A stretch of DNA of 64,000 nt from Corynebacterium sp. (GTDB lineage Bacteria; Actinomycetota; Actinomycetes; Mycobacteriales; Mycobacteriaceae), in contig JAUMUD010000002.1 of NCBI GenBank assembly GCA_030530875.1, positions 62,969 to 126,968 on the forward strand, written 5' to 3'. Under the pieces are notes generated by a model. That model saw nothing but the letters and a program-made list of their open reading frames with translations, was not told the DNA's origin and searched no databases. Within the stretch, counting starts at the first letter, position 1. The number at the start of each line of letters is the position of its first letter. Position numbers and translations under genes: made by a program. Positions 9,441-20,200 of the stretch are shown here, one piece after another.

Positions 9441-10310
9441 ATGGCCCTTTATACATTGGCGTATCCACAACCAGAAGCTATTGCTCCTAATGTTGACCTG
9501 GTTATTTCCCTGATGGGATTTGCCGATGCGGGCCATGCCTTGGCGCTGGTCAATGATTATATTGCCTCCACAATGGAGCTAATTCCGCTGGCGGAATTCG
9601 ACTCGGATGAGCTTGTGGATTATCGTGGGCGACGGCCGCAGACGCGTGTGGAGCGCTCCTTTGTGGCTGATATTGATGAGGCCAACCCAACGCTCTTTTT
9701 ATGCCGCTCCGACCAGGGTGAGTTTTTGCTTCTGGCCGGCTATGAGCCTGATTTTAAGTGGAAGGCTTTTGCCCGTGCGGTGCGCGATTTGGTGCACTAT
9801 TACAAGGTCGGGCGTGTGATTACGCTCTATGCTGCCCCGTTCCCGGTGCCACATACCCGCCCGCAGCTGATTTCGGCGCATAGCACTGAGCCAGAGATTC
9901 TGGCGGCGCATACGACAATCCCAGGAGCGATTACTGTTCCTGGTGCAGCACAGCTCTATGTGGAGCATTTCTTGGTCAACACTGCTGCCTGTTCGGTAAC
10001 GGGTTTGAACGCCCAGGTGCCGCAGTATATTGCGGGGAGTGATTATCCGCGCGCAGCGGTGAGTTTGCTGGAGTCCATTAGCTCCATTACTGGTGTTGGG
10101 CCAAATTTGCAGGCGCTTCGGCAGGATGCTGATAAGGTCCTTGAGGCCCTGGATGATTTGGCGGACAATGGGGAGCTTGGTCAGGTCGTCCTTGACCTAG
10201 AAAACCGGTACGATCAGATGGTGGATGAGTTGTCGGCCTACCGGCTCTCAAAGGACGATATTGAAGCCGAGGTGGCGAAATTCCTCTCGGAACTTGATGG
10301 AGATGATTAA
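9441..10310 (+). CDS. PAC2 family (proteasome assembly chaperone-like) protein
   Basis: GFADAGHA, FDSDELVDYRGRRP, GYEPDFKW, PHTRP, VPQYI...YPRAA. Confidence 0.85.
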   Translation: MALYTLAYPQPEAIAPNVDLVISLMGFADAGHALALVNDYIASTMELIPLAEFDSDELVDYRGRRPQTRVERSFVADIDEANPTLFLCRSDQGEFLLLAGYEPDFKWKAFARAVRDLVHYYKVGRVITLYAAPFPVPHTRPQLISAHSTEPEILAAHTTIPGAITVPGAAQLYVEHFLVNTAACSVTGLNAQVPQYIAGSDYPRAAVSLLESISSITGVGPNLQALRQDADKVLEALDDLADNGELGQVVLDLENRYDQMVDELSAYRLSKDDIEAEVAKFLSELDGDD

Positions 10311-12845
10311 TTGATGACCCTTACCCAGATGCTTCCTGATTTGTCGGAGGTTCCCGAGAATTATTTTGATGAGTCCATTTGGGACTCTTTTACTCGGTGG
10401 GTAGGGGATCGTGGAATCTCGCTCTATCCGGCCCAGGAGGAGGCCTCGCTGGGTATCCTGGCCGGGGATAATGTCATTCTTTCAACTCCGACTGGTTCGG
10501 GTAAGTCCATGGTGGCTATTGCCGCCCACTTTATTGCCATGGCCCGTGGTCAGCGCTCCTTTTATACCGCGCCGATTAAGGCGCTGGTGAGTGAAAAGTT
10601 CTTCGCGCTCTGTGAGATTTTTGGCGCGGAATCTGTGGGCATGATGACCGGTGATGCCTCGGTCAATACCAAGGCACCGATTATCTGCGCCACCGCTGAG
10701 ATTGTGGCCAATATTGCACTAGCTGAGGGGCCGGATTCGCGCGTGGATCAGGTCGTAATGGACGAGTTCCACTACTACTCTGACCCGGAACGCGGCTGGG
10801 CCTGGCAGGTGCCACTACTGGAGCTGCCAAAGACCCAGTTCCTTCTCATGTCGGCGACCCTTGGTGATACGGAGTTTCTGCGCAAGGACCTGGAAGAACG
10901 CACGGGCCGTGATACTACCCTGGTCACTGGCGTGGAGCGTCCAGTCCCCCTTGAGTTCTCCTATGTGTATACACCTGTCGAGGAGACCCTGGATGATTTG
11001 GTCACCAAGGATCTAGCACCGGTCTATGTGGTGCATCCGTCGCAACGCCAAGCTGTGGAGCGCGCGACCGGTCTGCAAAATACCCCGCTGGCCAATAAGC
11101 TGCTAAGCCGTGAAGAAAAGGACCAGGTTGCCGAGGCAATTGGGGACTTTCGCTTTACCACTACTTTTGGTAAGACCCTGAGTCGCCTGCTGCGCAAGGG
11201 CATTGGCATTCACCATGCCGGCATGCTGCCAAAGTATCGCCGACTGGTGGAGCGCCTGGCACAAACTGGCCTGCTCAAGATTATTTGCGGCACGGATACG
11301 CTGGGCATTGGTATTAATGTGCCAATTCGCACCGTGCTGATTACAAGTCTGACCAAATTCGATGGCAGCGGTGAGCGTGTGCTGCGTAGCCGTGAGTTCC
11401 ATCAGATTGCGGGTCGTGCGGGTCGTGCGGGTTTTGATACCAAGGGCACGGTGGTCATTGAGGCGCCGGAGCATGAGATTGAGAATTTCCGCCTGCGTAA
11501 GCGTGCCGGTCAGGATGAGAAGAAGCTCAAGAAGCTGCGCATGAAGGCGGCACCGAAGGGGCGTCCGACCTGGACGGAAAAGACCTATGAGCGCCTGATT
11601 GAGGCCGAGCCGGAGAAGCTCACGAGCCAGTTTAAGTTCACCAACTCCATGCTGCTCAATATGTTGGCGCGCCCAAGTTCGGGGCCGGATGAGACCTATG
11701 AGAATATCAAGCATTTGCTGCGCACCAATCACAATACGCGTAGCCGTCAGAATAAAGATATCCTCACCGCCATTGAGCTTTACCGTGGCCTGGAGGCCTT
11801 GGGTATTGTCAAGGACCATGCCTTGGCTAATGGCCTGCCGGAGGATTTTGCTTTGAACCAGCCACTGGCGCCTTTTGCTGTGGCGGCGCTAGAGCTGCTG
11901 GATAAGGACTCCCCTTCCTTCTCGCTGGATGTGATTTCGGTGATTGAGGCGGTGCTGGAGCCACCGAACCAGATTCTGCGCGCACAGCAGAATAAAGCGC
12001 GGCAGGAGGAGCGCCAGGCGCTGCGTGACGAGGGCGTGGACTATAACGAGCAGCTACGCATTCTTGATGAGGTCACCTGGCCAAAGCCACTCAATGACCT
12101 GCTCACTGAGGCCCATGAGACCTATGCCAAGGGCCATCCGTGGGCCGGCGATTATGAGATTGACCCCAAGAGTGTGGTGCGTGAGATGGTCGAACGTGGC
12201 ATGACCTTCTCGGACTTTATCTCTGAGTACGGGCTCGCGCGCGCTGAGGGTGTGGTGCTTCGCTACCTCACTGAGGCCTGGCGCACGCTTAATCAGACGG
12301 TGCCGGATGAGTTCTTCACCGAGCAGCTGGAGGATATTGCTATTTGGCTGGGTGAGCTCATCCGCCAGGTCGACTCCTCGCTTCTTGATGAGTGGGCGCA
12401 GATGGCTGACCCGGATGCGCCGATTGACCAGGCCACTGTGGAGCGTGAGATTGCTTTCGGTGTGACTGACCCGGATGCGCTTTCGGCCAATAAGCGCGCC
12501 TTTGGCATTATGATTCGTAACCTCATGTTCCGCCTGGTGGACTTCTTCGCCTGGGAGAAGGAAGATGACCTGGCACAGGTACTCGACTATCTGGAAGAGC
12601 AGCCTGAGTGGGGTGCGGCCATGGATGAGTACTTCAATGAGTACGCGGATGTGGATTTGGGTCCTGATGCGCGTGGGCCAAAGTACTTTGAGATTCAGTC
12701 CCAAAATGCTGAGGAATGGGTCGTGCGTCAGATTATCAAAGACCCCAATGATGATTGTGGCTTTGCCATCGTCGGCACCGTGGATGTTCCAGCCTCCGAT
12801 TCCGCTGGTGAGGTGCGATTTAAAAAGATTTCCTTGGAGTACTAG
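10311..12845 (+). CDS. Ski2-like DEAD/DEAH-box helicase with DUF3516 C-terminus
   Basis: PTGSGKS, YTAPIKALVSEK, DEFHYY, MSATLG, HHAGMLPKYR, QIAGRAGRAG. Confidence 0.9.
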   Translation: MMTLTQMLPDLSEVPENYFDESIWDSFTRWVGDRGISLYPAQEEASLGILAGDNVILSTPTGSGKSMVAIAAHFIAMARGQRSFYTAPIKALVSEKFFALCEIFGAESVGMMTGDASVNTKAPIICATAEIVANIALAEGPDSRVDQVVMDEFHYYSDPERGWAWQVPLLELPKTQFLLMSATLGDTEFLRKDLEERTGRDTTLVTGVERPVPLEFSYVYTPVEETLDDLVTKDLAPVYVVHPSQRQAVERATGLQNTPLANKLLSREEKDQVAEAIGDFRFTTTFGKTLSRLLRKGIGIHHAGMLPKYRRLVERLAQTGLLKIICGTDTLGIGINVPIRTVLITSLTKFDGSGERVLRSREFHQIAGRAGRAGFDTKGTVVIEAPEHEIENFRLRKRAGQDEKKLKKLRMKAAPKGRPTWTEKTYERLIEAEPEKLTSQFKFTNSMLLNMLARPSSGPDETYENIKHLLRTNHNTRSRQNKDILTAIELYRGLEALGIVKDHALANGLPEDFALNQPLAPFAVAALELLDKDSPSFSLDVISVIEAVLEPPNQILRAQQNKARQEERQALRDEGVDYNEQLRILDEVTWPKPLNDLLTEAHETYAKGHPWAGDYEIDPKSVVREMVERGMTFSDFISEYGLARAEGVVLRYLTEAWRTLNQTVPDEFFTEQLEDIAIWLGELIRQVDSSLLDEWAQMADPDAPIDQATVEREIAFGVTDPDALSANKRAFGIMIRNLMFRLVDFFAWEKEDDLAQVLDYLEEQPEWGAAMDEYFNEYADVDLGPDARGPKYFEIQSQNAEEWVVRQIIKDPNDDCGFAIVGTVDVPASDSAGEVRFKKISLEY

Positions 12846-12907
12846 TTTTCAGGCTAACACTTTGATATAATCATGGTGATTATGCCCGTAAAACGATGGA
12901 GTCCATT

Positions 12908-13393
12908 ATGTCTGTTGTAGCAGCTCCTCTCAACGGAACTATCCTCGACCTTAAGGATGTTCCGGATCCAGTATTCGCTGCTGGGACTGTTGGTGATGGT
13001 CTTGCTATCAAACCCGCTGATAGCGCCACCCCAGTAACCGTTCTAGCACCAGTTAGTGGCACTGCCCTTCGCGTCATGCCACATGCTTTTGTCATTGCCG
13101 CACCTGAAGGCAATATTCTGGTTCACGTCGGAATCGACACTGTTCGTCTCCGCGGTGAGGGCTATGAGGTTCTTGCCACCCAGGGTGATGTCATCACGGC
13201 CGGCGACCCAGTTGTCCGCTTCGACCCTGAGGTAGTCAAGAACGCCGGCTACAGCCCACTGTGCGCCGTAGTTCTCATGGACTCCAAGAAGGGCGATATT
13301 ACTCAGCTCGCCGAGGGTGAGGTCAGGGCCGGGGATGAAATCTTCAAGATTACGACCCATGACCTTGAATTCTGCGCCGACTGCGATGACTAA
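12908..13393 (+). CDS. Stand-alone PTS EIIA component, glucose family (Crr-like)
   Basis: APLNGTILDLKDVPDPVFA..TVGDGLAI, PHAF, LVHVGIDTVRLRGEGY with the phospho-His retained. Confidence 0.88.
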   Translation: MSVVAAPLNGTILDLKDVPDPVFAAGTVGDGLAIKPADSATPVTVLAPVSGTALRVMPHAFVIAAPEGNILVHVGIDTVRLRGEGYEVLATQGDVITAGDPVVRFDPEVVKNAGYSPLCAVVLMDSKKGDITQLAEGEVRAGDEIFKITTHDLEFCADCDD

Positions 13394-13442
13394 AACAGTC
13401 CTTGGCTGAAGCCAACGCCCATTTTACTCATCGAAAAAGACG

Positions 13443-13478
13443 AAAAGGTGGCCTGGAAGTTCTCCAGGTCACCTTTTT
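13443..13478. terminator. Bidirectional terminator between EIIA gene and ahpD
   Basis: AAAAGGTGGCCTGGA...TCCAGGTCACCTTTT. Confidence 0.75.
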
Positions 13479-13494
13479 GGTGTTTGTAGGGTTA

Positions 13495-14019
13495 TTAGCG
13501 AGCGGACTCAGCCATGACTGCCTGAGCAACACCGGCGACGGTGGCGGCAATCTTCACAGCCTCGAAAATCTGCTCCTTGCTCAGGCCACCTTCGCGCACG
13601 ACCTTCTCGTGGGCGGCAGTGCAGCGCTCGCAACCATTAATGGTGGAAACTGCGAGGCTCCAGAGCTCAAAGTCGACCTTGTCCACACCTGGGTTGGCGA
13701 TGATATTCATGCGCAGACCCATTGGCACCTGAGCATAGTCGGCACCGAGGAACTCCTTGGCACGGTACGCCACATTGTTCATGCCCATGATGGAAGCAGC
13801 GCCCAGCGCAGCCTCAAAGGCGACCTCAGAGAGGTGGGTCTTTGCTTCATCAGCTAGCTCGGAGAAGACAGTCTCGTTGCGGGTAGCAGCGGCGGTAGCC
13901 AAGAAGGTACCCCAGAGCTGCTGCTCATTGAGCTGAGTGGTGCGAGACAGAGTACCAAGGTTCAGCTTGAGGTCCTTGGCGTACTCAGGAAGACCAGACT
14001 TGAGAGTATCGAGAGACAT
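13495..14019 (-). CDS. ahpD: Alkyl hydroperoxide reductase AhpD
   Basis: [40 protein letters not shown] (CxxC). Confidence 0.95.
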   Translation of the reverse strand: MSLDTLKSGLPEYAKDLKLNLGTLSRTTQLNEQQLWGTFLATAAATRNETVFSELADEAKTHLSEVAFEAALGAASIMGMNNVAYRAKEFLGADYAQVPMGLRMNIIANPGVDKVDFELWSLAVSTINGCERCTAAHEKVVREGGLSKEQIFEAVKIAATVAGVAQAVMAESAR

Positions 14020-14027
14020 GCTATTCC

Positions 14028-14624
14028 TTAGTTAAGCTCGGACTGAAGAACAGCGAACTTGTCGATGTTCTTGGTTGGGTCATTCTTCTGCCAGTTACAT
14101 GCGCAGACCTCATTGGACTGCAGAGCGTCGAGCACACGCAGAACCTCATCAACATTACGGCCCACAGCATCTGGGGTCACGGAGACGAACTGGATGATGC
14201 CGTCTGGGTCGACAATGAAGGTAGCGCGGTCAGCAACACCATCAGCGTTTTCAACACCGAGGGCCTTGATGAGATCATGCTTGATGTCGGCAACCATTGG
14301 GAAAGGAATTTCCTTGAGCTCTGGGTGGGTTGCACGCCAGTTGAAGTGGGAGAACTCATTATCCACGGAGCCACCGATAATCTGGGTGTCGCGGTCAGCG
14401 AACTCCTCGTTCAGCTTGCCGAAAGCAGCAATCTCGGTTGGGCAGACGAAGGTGAAGTCCTTTGGATAGAAGAAGAAGACCTTCCACTTGCCGGCAAAGG
14501 AATTAGAATCAACGGTCTCGAAGTAATCCTCAGGCTGCTGAGCATTGACGGAACGAAGGTCACCACCCTTGAGAGCGGTCAGGGAAAATTCTGGGAACTT
14601 ATCGCCGATGGTAAGAAGTGCCAT
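14028..14624 (-). CDS. ahpC: Peroxiredoxin AhpC
   Basis: [36 protein letters not shown]. Confidence 0.96.
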   Translation of the reverse strand: MALLTIGDKFPEFSLTALKGGDLRSVNAQQPEDYFETVDSNSFAGKWKVFFFYPKDFTFVCPTEIAAFGKLNEEFADRDTQIIGGSVDNEFSHFNWRATHPELKEIPFPMVADIKHDLIKALGVENADGVADRATFIVDPDGIIQFVSVTPDAVGRNVDEVLRVLDALQSNEVCACNWQKNDPTKNIDKFAVLQSELN

Positions 14625-14652
14625 GTTAAAACTCCTTGGAAGTTAAGAAATA

Positions 14653-14701
14653 GATAAGAATTTCTGACAGATGAATTATCTGCCCTAAGGCTTTTCTTAT
14701 C
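14653..14701. promoter_or_regulatory. Candidate OxyR operator in the ahpC-oxyR divergent region
   Basis: Outer inverted repeat GATAAGAA...TTCTTATC enclosing an inner CAGAT..ATCTG. Position is typical of a LysR operator; function inferred. Confidence 0.45.
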
Positions 14702-14778
14702 GCCTGAATCCCATTATGCACCCCCAAAAGAGAGTTGTCAAGAGGAAAATCTTTCGAATCTGGGGTATAGTAATAAGA

Positions 14779-15723
14779 ATGAGCAATAAAGACTACAAAC
14801 CAACCCTTGCGCAGCTGCGCACCTTCGTCACTATTGCCGACAACCGCCACTTTGGTACTGCCGCCCACAAGCTGGGCATTTCCCAGCCTTCCCTCTCCCA
14901 GGCCCTCGTTAGCCTCGAGAGCGGTCTTGGCGTGCAGCTCATTGAACGTTCAACCCGACGTGTTATTGTGACCGCGGCCGGCCTGGAGCTTCTCCCCTAC
15001 GCCCGTGCCGTCCTTGATGCCACTGAGCTCTTTAGCGCCCAGGCCCAAGGCACTGGCGGACATCTTACCGGCCCACTGACTGTGGGTATTATCCCTACCG
15101 TTGCCCCATATATCCTGCCTAATCTTCTGCAGATCCTCTTTAAGGATATGGCTGATTTGAGCCCTCGTATTGTTGAGGATCAGACCACACACTTGGTAGA
15201 AAAGCTCCGCGAGGGCCGCCTCGACGTGGCCGTGCTCGCGCTGCCTGAGGAGCATAATTCTCTTACCGAGATTCCGCTTTATACTGAGCGCTTTGTGCTT
15301 GCTGTTCCTGAGGGCCATAGGCTTGCTGGCCGCAATGACCTGCACCTGGATGCGCTCACTGACCTCGATCTTCTTTTGCTGGATGATGGCCACTGCTTGC
15401 GTGACCAGGTTCTGAGCATCTGCCGCTCCCCTGAATTTGAGCGAAACCCAGTGCATATTTCTGCAACCCGCGCGGCGTCGTTGGTTACTGTTTTGCAGTG
15501 CGTGGCAGCCGGCATGGGTGCTACCTTGATTCCGGAATCTGCTGTGCCGATTGAGGGCACGCGACCAGGTATTGCGCTCTGCCGCTTTGCCCCAGATGTG
15601 CAGGCAGAGCGCACCATTGGTCTGGCCTACCGCTCCTCTTCCAACCGCGCCGATACCTTCGCCGCTTTTGGTAGGGCCGTGGTACAGGCCGTCGAAAAGC
15701 TAGATGTAAAAATCGAGCTTTAA
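14779..15723 (+). CDS. oxyR: Hydrogen peroxide-sensing LysR regulator OxyR
   Basis: MSNKDYKPTLAQLRTFVTIA, SQPSLSQ, LLLDDGHCLRDQVLSIC redox Cys motif. Divergent from ahpC. Confidence 0.95.
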   Translation: MSNKDYKPTLAQLRTFVTIADNRHFGTAAHKLGISQPSLSQALVSLESGLGVQLIERSTRRVIVTAAGLELLPYARAVLDATELFSAQAQGTGGHLTGPLTVGIIPTVAPYILPNLLQILFKDMADLSPRIVEDQTTHLVEKLREGRLDVAVLALPEEHNSLTEIPLYTERFVLAVPEGHRLAGRNDLHLDALTDLDLLLLDDGHCLRDQVLSICRSPEFERNPVHISATRAASLVTVLQCVAAGMGATLIPESAVPIEGTRPGIALCRFAPDVQAERTIGLAYRSSSNRADTFAAFGRAVVQAVEKLDVKIEL

Positions 15724-16430
15724 ATAGCAGCTTTGCGGGTTGCGCGGTTTTCTTCCTGGCTTCGGATCATGCCATAGGCCACGGCCGAAGCGAGGAATGG
15801 GCCGAACATGATTGGGAAGATGATGCAGCCCACAGCACCCACAATGCCAATGAGGAAATAGAGGCCGAGCAAGGGGAAATAATGGCGGGCGGTGAGCTTT
15901 AAGGCTTCGCTGAATGCACGGCCCTCAATGGCACTATAGGGCAGGAAAAGGAAGAACGGCGAGATGATCAGTGAGAGCAGGCCGCCGACCCACGGGATGA
16001 AAGAGAGTACCGTGGTGATAAGCAGCACGAGGATACATGCGCCGAGAACGCGCAGGTACGGTATGCCATCAAAGAGGTCACCCCAGCCAACCTTGTCCTT
16101 AAAGAGGCTGTGATACGCCACGTTATAGACAAAAGGCATGAGCAGTACGCCCACAATCATGAAGGATATGGCGAAAATCATCAGCTGTGGATGATCGAGG
16201 TAGATCTGGTAGCCGCTGCTTGGGGGCTTATTGGGGTCCATGTTCTCAAAGATGCTAAAGAACATGCGCAGGAACTGGTAGAAGAAGAACCAGGCTGCAA
16301 TGGCCACAATAAGGCCGAGGACGGACCAGATTTTCCAGTGGCGGAAGGCGAGACGGAAGCCGGAGCCAAGGGATGCGCCGAGGCTGAATTCGCCGCCATT
16401 GGCGCGCATAATCTGGTTGATGGGAGTCAT
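15720..16430 (-). CDS. Hypothetical polytopic membrane protein (paralog B)
   Basis: About 5-6 hydrophobic segments; shares motifs with the adjacent ORF. Confidence 0.75.
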   Translation of the reverse strand: MTPINQIMRANGGEFSLGASLGSGFRLAFRHWKIWSVLGLIVAIAAWFFFYQFLRMFFSIFENMDPNKPPSSGYQIYLDHPQLMIFAISFMIVGVLLMPFVYNVAYHSLFKDKVGWGDLFDGIPYLRVLGACILVLLITTVLSFIPWVGGLLSLIISPFFLFLPYSAIEGRAFSEALKLTARHYFPLLGLYFLIGIVGAVGCIIFPIMFGPFLASAVAYGMIRSQEENRATRKAAI

Positions 16431-16445
16431 GATGACTACCTCCTT

Positions 16446-17153
16446 TTAGAGTTCTTCTTCGATGGACCTGGCCATGCCATAGGCAACTGCCGTGATAAGC
16501 AGGGGCACGAACATCAGAGGGAAGAGGGCTAAGAAAAGTTCATTGAGGATGCTGACAATAATGCTCACACCCACTAGTGGCAGGTAGAAGCGCCGGCCAA
16601 TGCTAAAGCTGCGCCCGAGGTCAATGCCTTCTACGGCCACAAATGGGAGGAAAAGGTAGAAGGGACGCAGGAAAATCTGCAGGATAATGGAGACCAAGGG
16701 GATGTAGGAAAGGATGGCTTCGAAAAGCAAATAGAGGAAAACACCCAGCAGCGTGCGCCAGTACGGCACCCCACGCACCAGGTCGGCCCATTCAATCTTG
16801 TGGAAGAAAAGGCCACGGTAGGCGGCATTGTAGATAAGCGGGGAGACAAAGAAGAGGCCGAGTAGGGCGACCAGTATCAAACCGAGAATCAAGGGATCGG
16901 TACTCAGGGTCTCCGTAAGGGCCCAGGCGAGCTGATCCTCGCTGGCGTTGCCGGGGAGATCACTAAGCAGCAGGCTGAGGACCATGGTGAAACCAGCCAT
17001 GACCATACAGGCCCCCATGACAATGCTAATAATGAGGCCGAGGAATACCCAGAGCTTCCAATGGCGGAAATTCAGAATGAAGCCATTCTTGAAGGCCACG
17101 CCGACACGGAAAGTGCCGCGTGATTCCTGCATAATTTGGGAGATGGGATTCAT
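16446..17153 (-). CDS. Hypothetical polytopic membrane protein (paralog A)
   Basis: ATG 17153 with AGGAG RBS; MNPISQIM...FRHWKLW; paralog of 15720-16430. Confidence 0.75.
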   Translation of the reverse strand: MNPISQIMQESRGTFRVGVAFKNGFILNFRHWKLWVFLGLIISIVMGACMVMAGFTMVLSLLLSDLPGNASEDQLAWALTETLSTDPLILGLILVALLGLFFVSPLIYNAAYRGLFFHKIEWADLVRGVPYWRTLLGVFLYLLFEAILSYIPLVSIILQIFLRPFYLFLPFVAVEGIDLGRSFSIGRRFYLPLVGVSIIVSILNELFLALFPLMFVPLLITAVAYGMARSIEEEL

Positions 17154-17230
17154 GAAAATCCTCCTACAATCAATAGCAACTCTAATCAAAGCTTAGCACA
17201 TAGAGGGTGCTAAGGGAATGAACTAAAATT

Positions 17231-20200
17231 ATGACGATGCAAAAACACAAGACAAAGCACAATACTCGTACTCTCTCCCCTGAGGCCAAGAAGCTCATGC
17301 GTGAGCTCGATGGCGTGAAGATCAAGGAGCGGCCGAATTTTCGGCGCCGAATTAGGGGTGCCAATAGTGCTGCCGCTTTTAGTGCCATCCAGGCGGACCT
17401 GGCTAAGGCTAAGGCGCGGGTGGAGGCGATTCATATCCCTGCCATTGAGTACCCGGAACTTCCGGTGAGTGCCCGGCGCGATGAGATTATGGCGTCGATA
17501 CGCGATAACCAAGTTGTGATTATTGCTGGTGAAACTGGTAGTGGCAAGACTACGCAGATTCCTAAGATGTGTTTGGATTTGGGGCGTGGGCGCTTTGGCA
17601 TGATTGGGCATACGCAGCCGCGTAGGCTGGCGGCGCGTAGTGTGGCGGAGCGCATTGCCGAGGAGCTTGGTCAGGAGATTGGCCAGTCGGTGGGTTATGC
17701 GATTCGCTTTGATGACCGGGTGGGCCCGAATACGGCGGTGAAGCTGATGACGGACGGTATTATTCTGGCGGAGCTTGCACGTGACCCGCTGTTGCTGGCC
17801 TATGACACGCTCATTATTGATGAGGCCCATGAGCGCAGTCTCAATATTGACTTTTTGCTGGGTTATATTAAGCAGCTTTTGCCGCAGCGCCCGGATTTGA
17901 AGGTGATTATTACTTCGGCGACTATTGACCCGGAGCGTTTTGCTGAGCATTTTGATGGCGCCCCAATTATTGAGGTCTCGGGTCGTACCTATCCTGTGGA
18001 GGTGCGTTATCGCCCGGTGGAGGAGATTACCGAGTCTAATGATTTGAATGATGCGGTCCTTGCTGCCCTTGAGGAGTTGATGGCGGAGGGCGATGGGGAT
18101 ATTCTGTGCTTCTTTGCCACTGAGCGTGAGATTCGCGATATGTTGGAGCTTATTGAGGCGCAGAATTGGCGCAATACCCATGCGGTGCCGCTTTTTGGTC
18201 GCCTGTCTAATGAGGAGCAGCATCGTATCTTTAGTCCCCATGCGGGTAGGCGCATTGTGCTCTCTACGAATATTGCGGAGACTTCGCTGACGGTGCCGGG
18301 TATTCACTATGTGGTGGATACGGGCTTGGCGCGTATTTCTCGTTATTCGGTGCGCACGAAGGTGCAGCGTCTTCCAATTGAGCCTGTTTCCCAGGCTTCG
18401 GCCAATCAGCGCTCGGGTCGTTGTGGCCGTATTGCTGATGGTGTGGCTATTCGTCTGTATTCGGAGCAGGATTTTCTCTCGCGCCCGGAGTTCACTGACC
18501 CGGAGATTCTTCGTACTAACCTGGCTTCGGTGATTCTTCAGATGGAGAGTCTTGGTCTTGGGGATATTCCTTTTGTTCAGGCCCCGGAGCCAAAGGCCTT
18601 GCGTGATGGTAAGAATCTTCTCTATGAGTTGCAGGCGCTTCGCCATGAGGCGGATTTGCGTCAGCCTATTCGCCGTAAGGTGGGTAAGCCTTCTGCCCTG
18701 CTTAGTCCTATTGGGCGCACGCTGGCCAAGATTCCGGTCGACCCGCGTCTTGGCCGTATGCTTGTGGCCGCTAATCACAATGGTGTGCTTTCTCAGACTC
18801 TGGTGATTGTGGCTGCGCTCTCTATCCAGGATGTGCGTGAGCGTCCCCTGGAATTCCAAGCCCAGGCTGACCAGCAGCATGCCCGCTTCAAGGACACCAC
18901 CTCTGATTTCCTCTCTTACCTCAAACTCTGGGAGTATATCCGTACTACCCGCAAGGAGCTCTCGGGTAATCAGTTCCGTAAGCGCATGAAGGCGGAGTAT
19001 CTGCACTATGTGCGTATCCGCGAGTGGATGGACTTGGTCACCCAGCTGCGTGAGGTCTGCCAGGAGCTTGACTGGAATACTAGCCGCCCGGCGGCGAACA
19101 CCACGGAAGCGGACCGTATTCACCAGGCGTTACTCACGGGCCTTTTGGGCAATATTGGTGCGCGTATCCGTGAGACCCAGCAGTTCCAGGGTGCGCGTGG
19201 CACGCAGCTCATGATTTTCCCTGGCAGTGCGCTGGCCAAGAAGCCACCGCAGTTTATTATGGCCGCGCAGATTGTGGAAACTACCCGTCTGTGGGCCCGC
19301 GATGTGGCGCAGATTGACCCGGCGTGGCTTGAGGATATTGCCGGCGATCTGTTGCGCCGCTCCTATTCTGAGCCGCATTGGTCCGCCAAGCGCCAGGCTG
19401 CCATGTGCTATGAGCGCTGTCAACTCTATGGTGTGACCATCTATGCCGATCGCCTCACCGCCTACCAGAAGGTGGACCCTGAGGCCGCCCGCGATATGTT
19501 TATCCGCAATGCCTTGGTGCAGGGCGAGTGGTCGACCCACCATAACTTCTTCCACCAGAACCAAAAGGCGCTTGCCCGCGCCCAGGAAGTTGAGGAAAAG
19601 GCTCGCCGCCGCGATCTTCTTATTGATGATGAGCGCCTCTATAGCTTCTATGATGCGCGTATCCCGAAGAATGTCACCAGTGGCGCGCATTTCAATTCTT
19701 GGTTTAAGAAGCAGGACCCGCATTGCCTGGACTTTGATCCCGAAAAGCTCCTCCATGAGGATGCGAAGGACATTTCCACCACGGACTTCCCGGATACCTG
19801 GGGTGACTATGAGCTTTCCTATGTCTTTGACCCCACCGACCCTAATGATGGTATTAGCATGCGGATTCCTGTCCCGCTCATTGCCGCTGTGGACCCGGCG
19901 GGCACGGATTGGTTGGTGCCGGGCATGCGCCAGGAGCTCGTCACGGAACTGATTCGTACGCTTCCTAAGGCTTTGCGACGCCTCGTCGTCCCGGCCCCTG
20001 ACTGGGCTGCGAAAGTCACCCCTGAGCTCAATGCCCTCAATAGCACCCATGAGCCAATTACCACGGCTCTGGCTAAGCTGCTGCCACGGGGCATTGATGA
20101 TACGGACTTTAACCCGGCGAAGCTGCCACCGCACCTGCGCATGAATTTCTTGGCTATTGATAAGCGCGGCAAGGTCATTGACCAGGACCGTGACCTGGCT

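Noticed and set aside
9441-10310. Proteasome-assembly-chaperone-like gene in a lineage lacking a 20S proteasome
   Set aside because: PAC2-family genes are routinely present at this locus in corynebacteria; not novel.
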